A stretch of 49,803 nt of DNA, filler included, from Jimgerdemannia flammicorona (taxonomy: Eukaryota), in the NCBI GenBank assembly GCA_003990765.1. It is 2 parts of 2 records of this genome, joined end to end, with 100 filler letters (N's around TTAATTAATTAA, not from the genome) between each part and the next. Parts side by side here need not be neighbours in the genome. Positions count along the whole stretch, not along the records: positions 1 to 24,853 come from RBNJ01000912.1; 1 more part is not named here. The stretch is one strand, 5' to 3'. How positions within the stretch are numbered: position 1 is the stretch's first letter; each line of letters starts with the position of its first letter. This document shows positions 1 to 11,174 of this stretch, piece after piece. Both the position numbers and the translations under genes were made by a program. The notes under the pieces are model-generated. The model was not told the origin of the DNA and made no database searches. It was given only the letters and a program-made list of their open reading frames with translations.

Positions 1-91
1 AAAAAAAAAAAAAAAAAAAAGGAAAGAGAAAGGGATCACTGTATATATATGAGAAAGATGGGTATTAATAAAGGAATGGAGTCCAAGTGAC

Positions 92-148
<57 letters not shown>

Positions 149-233
149 AAAAAAAAGAAAAAAAAAAGGGGGAGAAATTAAAATTTATAAAAAAAAAAAT
201 AGGTAATAAATAAAGGAAAGAAGACCAAGTAAC

Positions 234-276
<43 letters not shown>

Positions 277-359
277 AAAAAAAAAAATCAAAAAGGGGAA
301 GGAATAAATGTATTTAAATAAAATAAATGGGAATAAAAAAAGAAATGAAATCCAAGAAA

Positions 360-397
<38 letters not shown>

Positions 398-401
398 AGC
401 A
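1..401 (+). repeat. Poly(A)-rich contig start with about 3 degenerate tandem copies of a LINE-like 3' tail
   Basis: Units ...AATAAAGGAATGGAGTCCAAGTGACTAT(A)n (~38-146), ...AATAAATAAAGGAAAGAAGACCAAGTAACTAT(A)n and ...GAATAAAAAAAGAAATGAAATCCAAGAAACT(A)n resemble the LINE tail read on the - strand at ~25640-25584 (GGTAATAAAGTGGAAGTTCTTGTGACTAT(A)n). Confidence 0.6.
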
Positions 402-729
402 AAGATAATCTAATAGTAAGGATTACAAACTATTGAATTCAGTAATACCTCTATCACATTATCTCAACCTAGAAGAATAGTTGAAGAAACATCTGAACCC
501 AATACTGATGGCCTCAGTACTGCTATAGACCTACTACTAAGAATATTAAGTTTACTGAAAATTATCATAGAAGATCTAGCAATAACTTTATTAGAACCAC
601 CAACCTATAGACAAGTCAACAAGTTCATCCATCTTGGCAATATTATAGAAAAAACAACTATATATTACATTGTCTCTGAGACAACAGTATTTGAAGGAAG
701 ACTACTACCATTCTATCATATAAGTGATA

Positions 730-1700
730 GAATGACATCAATAGATGAAAAGATAGCAGCTCTGGCTGAGCAAATAGCCATACTTACTGAAGCCCTCTAC
801 CTTAGTATTGAAATAAACAAATCTTCAAAAGGTCTCCAACTCATACTATTTGAAGACAAAACAGATCAAGTAATAATATTCAGAGAATAAGTTGACACTA
901 ATTATTATGCTAGTAGATAAAATTATAATCAGAACCCAGACAGTATCCTTAATAATAATAAGTATTATGAGATTGAAGATCTCTATACAACCACAGGATC
1001 ATAAGTAGAAAAAGTTACTACTTATTTCATAGGTATAGCTGCTCAGTGATGGTATAATCTCCCAGTATACTCTTTTACCTAGAAAACTTATACTGAAATT
1101 GATGCAGATAAAGAAGATGATGATTACTCTGACTACAAAGTCTACTTAGCTACCATGGACTTAAAAAAGCTAATCATCCAACAGTTCTGTAGCTCTGCCT
1201 ACATTACCAAAACCAGAACTAAGCTCAAAAATCTCTAATTTTATAATGATGAAAAAAAAGATCTGAAAGCATTTGTAACAAGATTAGAAATCCTTCTGAA
1301 TACTATAAGAGTAGAATATAACTGATAAGAATAAATGGTAAATGGAATCAGAGTAGCATACTTCTTCAATATCATCTCTAGATAGTTATTAGAAAAGATC
1401 TGAGAGTAAGGACAACTGTATAATTGCTCACATAAGCAATGGTGCTTAGGACAGACTATTATCAGAGCATGTACTATCTTAGTAGCTCAAAGATTAAGGA
1501 ATAATAGAAATAACAACAAAGGAGACAAATGATGTCAATTTGAGAAGAAAAATAAATCTCAACATAACTCTCTAAAATTACAAATAGGATTCAAGAAATT
1601 GTCTGATAAGAAAATAAAGGAACTTATAAAGAAAGAAGTATATTTCTACTGTAAAAAGAAGGGAAATATGTCTCATAAATACCATGATAAGAGGACTAAT
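730..1700 (+). pseudogene. gag: Family A gag remnant with decayed zinc knuckle
   Basis: IKELIKKEVYFYCKKKGNMSHKY is a decayed CxxCx4Hx4C knuckle preceded by the usual 'e.r..g.C' context. Many in-frame stops. Homologous to 33470-34200. Confidence 0.7.
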
Positions 1701-1769
1701 CCAAATAAAGAACTATCCTCCTCATATACTATCAATATAATAGAAGATGATTCCAAAGAAAACTCTAAA

Positions 1770-2180
1770 AAAATCAAGGTCAAGAGATTCTATATCACTG
1801 CAAAAATCCCAGACAAAGTATATAAATCTGATACTACCTATGATCTCTACTCAAGTATGGAAATAACTATTGAACTAGACAAGTAAGTGACCATTATCAC
1901 AGGTGTTAGAATGGAAGTCCTTAAAGAAATCTACATCTATCTTATAGAAAGAAGCAGCCTGGCCAAGAAAGAAAGGCTCTATATAGCTGGAGGAGTTATA
2001 GACCAAAGATTTAAAGGTGAAATCAAGGTCCCACTATACAATACTAGATAGAAAATAGTCAAAATCACATGTAGAAAATAAATCACCTGAGCCATTATTG
2101 AGATAATATATAATGACCTTAAAGTCAAGAAAACAAATAAACTATCACTCTCTAATAGAGGAGAAAAAGCTTTTGGATCA
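1770..2180 (+). pseudogene. dut: dUTPase domain of family A, between Gag and protease
   Basis: Translation through stops gives SDTTYDLYS...TGVRME...ERSSLAKK...AGGVIDQRFKGEIKV.LYN...RGEKAFGS, matching decayed dUTPase motifs I, II, III and V. Confidence 0.9.
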
Positions 2181-2358
2181 AAAGAAAAATACCCTGATAA
2201 GACCAAGGAGAAGACCAAGGTATTCACATTGAAGAATCTCAAGACTGAGATCCAAAATAGTATCAGTACATTGCTGATGAATATATTTCATTAGGATAAT
2301 ATTCTCATATAGTCAAAATATACTATTTTGAATATATAGGAGAATGTATTATATGTAT

Positions 2359-3622
2359 TGTAATATGTCTGGCTCAATGGAGGCAAATTATAAGGTTGAG
2401 GGTTGATGTAGTTTAGCTTGAGCCCCTAGTTACTTTGTTAAAAAGTAATAAAATATTCTAAGATTTCTGAGGTCCTTGGTGTTTAGTGGTATAATAGTCA
2501 AAACTGGATATCTGTGATCAATTTTCTTATTGGGATGGTTCTCTGAGTATAGTGGCAATTTGTATGTCTTTTTCCTTCTTGGGTCAATCTGGGAATTGGT
2601 GGAATTTCATATGTAGCATAATAATCTCTACATGATGATCTCTACATAATGATCTTGTGTAGTACAATGAGTTCCTTATACAGATGTTTGGGAATTATAC
2701 TGATGGCAAATTCTTCTCAGACTCACTGGGAACAAACAACTAATTCAGATGTCATGGGTTCTTCCTGAATCAACAGACATCTTGTGAATGGCAGCTTCTA
2801 CTGGGAATGTGGTAGATAACTTAGATACAGCAGATAATGTGGATTCTTCCTAAATCAGTGGCTCTCTGGGAAATAAATTGGGTGGTGCAGATTCTTCTGA
2901 ATCAGCAGCTTCAGCTGGGAATACTACTTGGATAACATGGATTCTTCCTGAATCAGTGGGCTCTTCTGGGAATATGATGGTGCAGATTCTTTCTGAATCA
3001 GTGACTTCAACTGGGAAACATGCAGGTGGCTTCTTGGAAAGAGTCTCTTGGTAAAGTTGCATCAAATACTGGCTTCATTTGTGCAAATGGATCACTGTGA
3101 AGTTGCATCAGAAACTGGCTTGAGCAAGGTGGCTTTCTCTTAGACAGCAGAAACTTGGGTTCTTCAGACTTATCTGACAAGCATACCAATAACAATAATT
3201 CCAAAGGTAGTGAAGTTCTTCCTTGAACTTAGGTGGCAAACTCAAATTCTTCAGGCTTATCTGGTAAGTATACCAATTAATCTTTATATCAGAAAGTAGA
3301 CTGGAGTGGAAAGAGGACCAATGTTCAATCTTTAGAGGCTTCTTTGGTATTTGTATTTTGGACTAAGGTTTATTCACTCTTGTCTCTAGGGTATTTTATA
3401 CAATTGTGGTTGCTATCTGATTACTATATTACTAATTATAGATTACTATCTATGGAAAGTATGCAGGTCTTGTATGGGTGTGCAGGTCTTGCACAGGTAT
3501 ATCTTATCTGATAGTCTGGCTATTTATACAGCTTTCTGCAGCAATGGTTGCTGGTTACTATGCTATGTGTTCATGTCATCTGGCTAAGTTATAATTTAGG
3601 TGATACATTTTGGTTTGTCATA
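2359..3622 (-). repeat. 3' LTR of element B
   Basis: Direct repeat of 11175-12438, same length. Next to the PPT-like TAGTGGGGGCTGA (- strand, 3635-3623). Confidence 0.95.
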
Positions 3623-3639
3623 TCAGCCCCCACTAAAGG

Positions 3640-6620
3640 ATGGTCTGTCCTCAGGCTATCCTTTAGTCATCATTCCAGTGTAGGTAAGTATCTTCTACAT
3701 CAATATCTGTTCCATTATCTTCATCATCTGTACTATGGTTGCTCCATTCCAGGGGTTCTTCTTCTTCTTCTGGAAATAGGATTTCAACAGCATTGATGAT
3801 GCTCAGGTAGGTGGCCAAGTTCATTCTTTGTGGATCCCACTAGGAGAATTGTGCTTATAACAAGACTGCAGGGTTACATTTGTAAAGGGTATAGAGCCTG
3901 TCTGCAGCAGTGACATCTCTTCTTGATAGTTCTGTAGTGCTTTGGATATATATTTTTTCTGGGACTGAGAGGTGCTACAATTGTTCTCCAATTACATAGT
4001 GGGCCTGAAGTTGGTGGACCTGTAGCAATCATCTGGCCAGGACAAGATTCTCTTGATGAATCTGAATTCTTTGGAGGGTAGTCCCATTGATTTCTCAAAA
4101 TTGGGGTAGGGGAACTGACAGTGATTGAAATGAGCTGAGGACAAGGGTCTGGAGATGGTTGTCAACTCTCTGATTCATGATGTGAGGGAAAGGTATATCT
4201 TGAGATGATTGATGTGTACTAGTGTCTTCAGGGTTCATCCATCCATACTTTTTAAATAGATGCCAGTTCCTCTGATATTATATATAAGATAAGGTCCTTC
4301 CTATTTGGGCTCCAGTTTGGTGGCAAAATTTGTTTTGATCATACTTCTCCAAACTAATACTTGATCTCTAATCTTGATCTTCTGATCCTTCTGTTTCTGG
4401 TCATAATACTCCTTTTGTCTTTCTTGGGCTTTGATAATCTGACCTTGGGCTTAATTATATAACTATTCTGCCTTTTTGAGGAGGTCTCCAAGATTCTCAT
4501 GGTCAGTAGCTCTGGTTTTCTTAGCAAATATCATTTCAAATGGCTTTTGTTTAGTAGAGACAGCAGGGGTGTTCCAAATTTCCCATAGGATCTCAGGTAA
4601 GCAGAGGTCCCAATTGGTAGGGTTGACTTGGGCAAGTCCTTTCTTGATGGTCTGGTTCATTATTTCTATCATACCATTGGTCTGAGGATAGTATGATGTG
4701 GTCCATTTGAGGTAGATCTTGTGAATTCAGGCATAACTTGTGATTATGTTATTGATGAATTCTATGTCTCAGTCAGAGATAAGTTCTTCTAGGGGTCTAT
4801 ATCTGAGTATGAGTCCATGGAAAAGGCCTACAATGGTTAGGGCATCTGTGATTTCCATTGGGAAAGCCTCAGGCCACTTAGTCAGATGTTCTACAAATAT
4901 AAGGATATATTTGTTTCTTCTTGGTGTAACTGGTAGAGGTCCAATTATATCTACTCTCCATCTCTGAAAGATGTTGTCTAGTGGGGCAATTGGTTGCAAT
5001 GGTGCTTGATAGTTCTTTCTTCCTTGGTACTTCTGACAGATGTCACATTTCTTAAGTATGTCTTGGACTTATATTCTGAGGTTGGGCCAATGTTGGTGTA
5101 TTGTTTGCAGCTTTTCTTCTATATTCACCTGTACTTGGTGGGCTTTCTGATGTTCTTTTCGAATGAGATCTTCTTGTGTCTTAATGGTCTGAGGAGCTTC
5201 CTTTAGAGTATAGTTCCTTGGGACACCCTTCTTCTGGTTCATTGGGGCTGGCAGGAAAGTACATCAACATTGTTGTGAGCTTTCCCTGCTTTGTAGATAA
5301 TGGTAATTTTGTAATCCTGAAGAATAAGGATCTAGTGGGCTAGGATTCCAGTGGGTTCTTTGTGGTTGAATAGCCATTTGAGGGTTGCATGGTCTGTGAT
5401 CAGAGTGAACCTTTTTCTGATGAGGTAGTGCTTGAACAGGGTGACTGCCCATATAACTATAAGGTATTCCAGTTTAGTGCTATCATAGTTCATCTGCTGC
5501 TGATTGGTAGCTCTGCTTATATAAGCTATTATATGGTATTGTTGATTGGGTCCTTCTTGGACTAGAACTGCTCCTAGGCCATCTTTGGAAGCATCTGTAT
5601 ATAAGATAAATGGCATCTGTAGATTGGGGTACACAAGGATTGGTGCTGTAGTCATATAGTTCTTGAGTTCTTTGAAGGCTATTTCTTGTGATCCTGTCTA
5701 TTTGAATGGTACTCCTTTCTTGAGAAGAATCCAGATTGGAGTGGCAATTTGGGCAAAGTCCTTGATAAATCTTCTGTAGTAGGATACTAATATCAGAAAT
5801 GATAGTGTTTCCTTTGGAGTCTTGAGTACTGGCCAATTATTGATCTTCTCAGTTTTCTTCAGATCTGCATGGGTTTCTTCTTTCAAAACTATGAATCCAA
5901 GAAATTCAAGTTTCTGTTTTCCAAAGTAGTGTTTCTTTGCATTCAGTCTCAAGTAGTTTTTGCAGGTGAGCTTGAAGAATTCCTCTAGGTAGTGCAGGTG
6001 TTCTTCGAAATTTGCTGAATAGATGTTGGAATCATCTATGTATACAATTAGGCAGTAGTGGATTAAGGGGGTATAGACTGAATTTCTCATCCTCTGAAAG
6101 GTGGGGGGGTACATTGCAGAGTCCAAAAGGCATTCAGAGATATTCAAACAGTTTTCCTAAAGCAAGGAAGGCTGTCTTTTGAATGTCTTTGGAGTCCATA
6201 GAGATCTCAAGGAATCCTGCAAAAGATCCATACTGCTGAAGTATCTGGTATCCTGTAACTGATCCAAAAGATCATCAATTCTGAGCAAAGGATAGGCATT
6301 CTTTTCAGTGACTGAATTGAGTTTCTTGTAATCCACACAAAGTCTCCATCCTCCTTTCTTTGGTACAATAAGTATAGGGCTGGCCCAGGGACTGGTAGAG
6401 GGTTGGATGACTCTATTGTCTAAGAGTTCTTGAATGTGTTCCTTTTTGAATATCTTTAAGTAATGGGGTATTCTATAGGGTTTCTGTCAGATGGGTATTG
6501 CATTTTCTGTATTTATGCTGTAGTGATATGATGGGTTGTATGGTAGATTACCATAATTGGTGATGAAGATATCTTGATATTTATTGAGAAGTTCTACTAG
6601 TTTTTGCTGTTGTTCAGGTA
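3640..6620 (-). pseudogene. pol: Element B pol: RT, RNase H, integrase and C-terminal extension
   Basis: IVYIDDSNIYS (RT, ORF 5698-6147); FILYTDASKDGLGAVL and ITDHATLKWL (RNase H, ORF 5332-5655); VDIIGPLP...LTKWPEAFP...LISD (integrase, ORF 4769-4999); GPY motif near 4300. Stops and frameshifts throughout. Confidence 0.95.
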
Positions 6621-7059
6621 TCAATTCTTCTCCAATGTTGGTGGAAGGCTTCACTGTCTCCTGGGTCGCAGAGGGGCCTTTTCTTTCTTCTGAGACCTTT
6701 TGTCATTTCCTGATAGGTTTAGTTTATAAACTTCTCTATAAGTTCAGTTGAGAAAAGGCACCAGATGTCCTATGATAGTTCCTTTCAACAAGATGATAGT
6801 CTCCCAACTTTGGTTGGTTGCTCGGGAGTACACTGGGTTCATCTTGTTAAGGAAGGTGTATCCTTCTATATCCAGATGTGGGATATCTTCATTGGGTTCA
6901 AAGAAGAGATTCCTGAGGTTGGGTGTTGCAAAGATTTCGAAGGTGGTTTGTTCTCCAGGCTCCAGGATAAGATTCTTGTGTACTATGACTAGTTGGCAAT
7001 ATACTTGCTGGGGAATATTCCTCTTGAGGTGGTTGACTTGAAGGAAATAAACTTCCTTC

Positions 7060-7450
7060 TTGTCTGAACTTCCAAATCCTTTGCCTTGTCTTGTTTCTTT
7101 AGTCAGTTTGGACACTTCTTGTAATTGCAGGGTCCTGACCTTTATAAAGACTGCTTGGGCAATCTTCTGTCCTCTAATAACTCAGTGCCATTCTGTACTA
7201 TATTATATAGAATGACCTTGATTTCGCCTATATATCCTGAGTCAATAGTTCCTTCTTCTACAGTTATTCCTTGTCTGGCAAGTCCAGACATTGAGGTCAG
7301 TTGTATGTAAGCTCCTTGGGGTGGCTACATGACTAGTCTGGTTCTGATCATGAAGGTTTTTCCAGACTTGATAGATTCATCCTCCAGACTGTGAAGATCA
7401 CATCCTATATCCTCTGGGTGGGCTTTGATTGGGGGTTTGGCCTTGGGATG
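7060..7450 (-). pseudogene. dut: dUTPase domain of family B, between protease and RT
   Basis: KAHPEDIGVDLHS...YIQLTSMSGLARQGITVEEGTIDSGYIGEIKVILYN...GQKIAQ...RQGKGFGSSD; all five dUTPase motifs are recognisable. Confidence 0.92.
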
Positions 7451-8760
7451 CAGCAGGGCATACTGGGCTATATCCTTGCTGAGTTCAGGCTGATCTAAGG
7501 CTAAAGCTCTACTAGCAGAGAGCCTCCAAGCTCTAAGGTTGAGGTGTGGCCATCTGACTCCAGTAGAGGGGTCTCAGAGATAGTTAATTCCTCTTCTTCC
7601 TGTAGAGTTTAGGGCCTTCATGAAGTTGGTGGCATCTTCTACCCATTCTTGGCAGGTTGTATGTCTGATGAGAGCTAGGATATCTTCTCCTAAATCATAG
7701 ATCTCAAGGGTCCTTCTTCCTGGCTTTTTGGTCTGACTTTTGGATCTGGCTTCAGTTATCTCCTCTCTTCAAAGTGTGGACTACAACATCATGACTGAGA
7801 TGGATCTTCTGATGCCTGCAGTCTCAGCAGTCTGAGTGTCTTCCATAATTGCAATATCCCATTGCTCAGAAATGATGTTCCCAGTTATTGATCTCTTATT
7901 GTCTAGGGAATTGGTATCCATCTTGATCATAAGTTGGTGGAAGAGTAGATAGGGGGTATACTTCTATCCTGGTGAAGAGTTCTTATCCTCTGAATCAGCT
8001 TTGCAACTTGGTGATAATTTCTTGAAAAGTAGTTGATTGTATAACTGTGTTTGGGGGTTCTGGTCTCTGGGGTCTCTGTCTCTCCTATTGGTCTAGTAGA
8101 TGGCACTGATAGCAGTAGTCTCGGGGAGAGTGGAAGACCATTTGGTGTGGACATCTTCCTAGCCAAAAGGCCTTTTCTTGGTAAGTTTCTTTCTTAGAGA
8201 TAATAGTGATTTTACTGGGTCCTTCTTCCATATTCTAAGGGTCATTATCTTCAGGTGGTGTCCAGCAAGAATCATCTCAGGGGATGAGTTCAGGGACCTC
8301 TTCTTCTTTAGGTACTTCTTGTTCAGGAACTTCTTGGTCAGGAACTTCTTTTTCCTCAGATGATTCTTATTCCCAGATTACTTGCACTTCTGCAGCTTTG
8401 GCTGAAGGTGTTTCTGGAGTGTGTCTGCATTTCTTCTTCTTCTTTCTGCACTCAGAGCAGACTGTATCAGGCGAATTCCTTTTCCCAATAATCTTGGAGG
8501 AGTGCTTGGGGCACTTGTATCTCTTGAGGCAGATGGGGCATTCTTTGATTTCTCCTGCAATGGCTCTGATAGTAATGGGGATAGTGTTCTTGGCCCACAC
8601 ATTGTCTTCTGGTCTATCATCCACCAGATTAATTCAGGGATTGAGTCTGGGATCATCTCCATCTTCAGATTCTTCTTCCTCCTCTATAGTAGACTCTTCA
8701 CTGCTAGCATATTCTTCTTGAATAGTGACTTTCTTCTTCTTCTTTGATTGCTCATAGCTG
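7451..8760 (-). pseudogene. Unassigned acidic and Cys/His-rich polyprotein segment, in frame with the protease
   Basis: The protease frame continues through CPICLKRYKCPKH, CSECRKKKKKCRH, (EVP) repeats, CPHQMVFHSPRDYCYQCH and CNYGRHSDC*DCRH. One frameshift near 7750. Confidence 0.75.
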
Positions 8761-9130
8761 GTCACCTTAACTCTGTACTTCTTGCCTCAGTAGTTAAACT
8801 TGAGTACTTGTTGATCAATATCAACAACTGCATTCATTTCCTTCATCCAGTTGGTGTCAAGAATCATATCATAGGTGATAGCTTTAGTGATAACAGCTTT
8901 CAGGATAGAGAACTGAATGTGTCCAAGGGAGATGGTGATATTTTATACTTCTCCAAGGGGTTGGGTTCAGGCTCCATCTGCTACTATAATGCTGAGGTTG
9001 GATGGTCCATCAATGAGCCATTGGAGGGTATCCAGGAATTATTTGGCAATAATATAAATAGCTGCTCCTGTGTCTATGAGAATTTTCACCTTTTGTCCTC
9101 CAATATCTCTATATAGGTAAGTGCTGATAT
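8761..9130 (-). pseudogene. Aspartic protease of element B
   Basis: IGGQKVKILIDTGAA...VADG...PLGEV...YDMILDTNWM (retropepsin DTG and ILG-like motifs). Confidence 0.9.
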
Positions 9131-11140
9131 GTCTTTCAGCTACTTGGACAGAGATGGAAACTAGTTCTTGCTGTGGGATTGGAACTTGGCCAGTGCTAGA
9201 CCTGGTGGTTCTCAGCAATTTTGTTCAGACTCCAGCTGATATTAGTTACAGGAACTATAGGAGAGAGACTTCTATCTTAACTTCTTGAATCTTTTGCCAG
9301 GCTTCATTGTAGATATCTCTAGGCATGGTTTTCAGAATGTACTTCTTCTTGGGCTTTGAAGCAGTAGGTTCCCATTCTTCTTATTCTATTTCTTCATCTT
9401 CTGATAGCAACTCATTTGTCTTGAGGACAAAAGGTGAGGGGGTTCAGGGATGCTCCTCTTCATGTTCTTCATCTTCTTCTTGAATGATTCTTCTGCTGAT
9501 GTTCCTGGATGGCCTTCCTATAGATCTCTTCCTTTTCTCTACTGGGTAGACTGTTTTTCGGGTAGTAACCTTGGTAGGGTACAAGTCTAGGTTACTGTAG
9601 TCTTCACTGTTGTTGACTTCCTTGAAATCTTCAACAGGATAAGCTTCAGTCTTTTTGTACTGAGTGTCATTCCTTCAGTTTGATGATTCTGAGTCCCTTC
9701 AGTCATTTCTTTTGTTGTCACATTCAGTGGCATAGTATCTGAATTGTCTACAGTAGAAGTATTGGACTTGGGCTCTATCTTAGATAGGGTATCTTCTTTC
9801 TTTTTGCTGGTAATTCCTGTTGTCTCTTGGTGGATAACCTTGGCTCCTCTGTAGTGGGTATCCTTTGTTGTCTTGGTAGCTCTGATTTTCGCATGTGGTG
9901 AGTTTTTCAATCTGTCCAACCAATCAGTCCAACTTTGAGCTAAGGTCTTGGATTTTGCTTCTGTCCTTCTTTCCTTCTTTGGCTGGCCTTCTTTTTTTGG
10001 ATCTTTCTTATCCTTGAAGGAGTCCTTATAGGGTTTTGACCAGGATGTCTTCTTTATCTTCTTTCTTGTCATGATCACTCCAGGTAGTTCCTTGTCTGAC
10101 ATCAAAGAATCCTTGGGCTATATCTACTTACTCTTTAGACCTTCTGATGCCTAGAGTGTAGATATGCTGGGCAATGTTCAGAGGAATTCCATTCATGAAG
10201 GTTATTGGACCTATGATGTCCTGGTTGGTGGCATTGAACCCAGTAGCATGCATTCTCTTCTGGATTCTTGTGAAGGCTCTGAGTGATTCTCCAAGATTCA
10301 TCTTCATCCCTATGATGGATTCTTGAGCCTTGTGGCAGGTTTCATTTCCTGCATACTTTTTAATGAGCCAGTGGACCATGGCCACATATTCTAGCTCATA
10401 AGACATTGCTGCTTGTATCTGTCTTACCAGTTCTAAATTTGGGTCATTTGCTGTTTGGTGGAAAATTCCTCTGGCTGGTTCTCTGAGCTGAGTCTTGTAG
10501 ATGGCGATTTTTCTTTCATCTGAGAGATTCCTTAGGGCTGTAGTTCCTTCAATTCTATCAAGGAATTCTCTGGGGTCTTCTTCTGGATATCCTGCAAAGG
10601 TTGGCAATGAGGTGGCCATTTCATTATCACTTTCTTCTGATTCTAGTTCTGGTTCAGATTCAGATTCTGATTCACTTTCTGAGCTGTTACTGGAGATTGG
10701 GGTGCTTTGGTATCCTGAGGATGGTGTTCTGGACCTTGGATGAAGTGGAATGAGCCTAGGTATTCTTGTAGGAGCTACTTCTAACTCTGCAAGGAGTTGT
10801 GGTAAAGGTTCTATTGGTGAGATTGATAGAACTGGTATGGGGTATCTGGCTGTAAGATCTCAGGCTTGTGTAATAAGATCTTCTAGTTCTTGTACAAGTT
10901 CTTCAAAATCTCCAGCAGGGCCACCTGTGTTGTCTGGTTGATCTTGTTGGAGATTTTGAGCTGTGCTGCCTTCTGGTTCTGGTTGGGATCTTTCTGATGC
11001 TGGGTAATTGGCAAGTCTTGAGGTAATTCTTCTCTTCTTGTCTAGATGCTGGTGATAACTGGTTCTCCTATGATAATAGAGATTGGTGTTGTATCAAATA
11101 TATCCAGTTTGACTGTGGGTCTTTGTGAGCTGAAAGTCAT
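9131..11140 (-). pseudogene. gag: Gag of element B with N-terminal Pro/acidic extension
   Basis: LPTFAGYPEEDPREFL capsid-like start (ORF 10128-10619) and a decayed zinc knuckle near 9730-9770. Homologous to 21941-23950. Confidence 0.88.
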
Positions 11141-11154
11141 GTCAATTTGAAATC

Positions 11155-11172
11155 TTCCCAGTTGAGTCCCCA
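11155..11172 (-). promoter_or_regulatory. Primer-binding site complementary to the tRNA-Pro 3' end
   Basis: TGGGGACTCAACTGGGAA 2 nt after the LTR. Sister copies read TGGGGGCTTAACTGGGAA (21874) and TGGGGGCTCAACTAGAAA (33162), close to the tRNA-Pro PBS TGGGGGCTCGTCCGGGAT. Confidence 0.8.
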
Positions 11173-11174
11173 AA

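Noticed and set aside
36..402. Poly-Phe ORFs on the - strand
   Set aside because: They are translations of the poly(A) runs.
8284..9116. Plus-strand ORFs of 108-145 aa inside element B
   Set aside because: They are antisense shadows of the purine-rich polyprotein frame.
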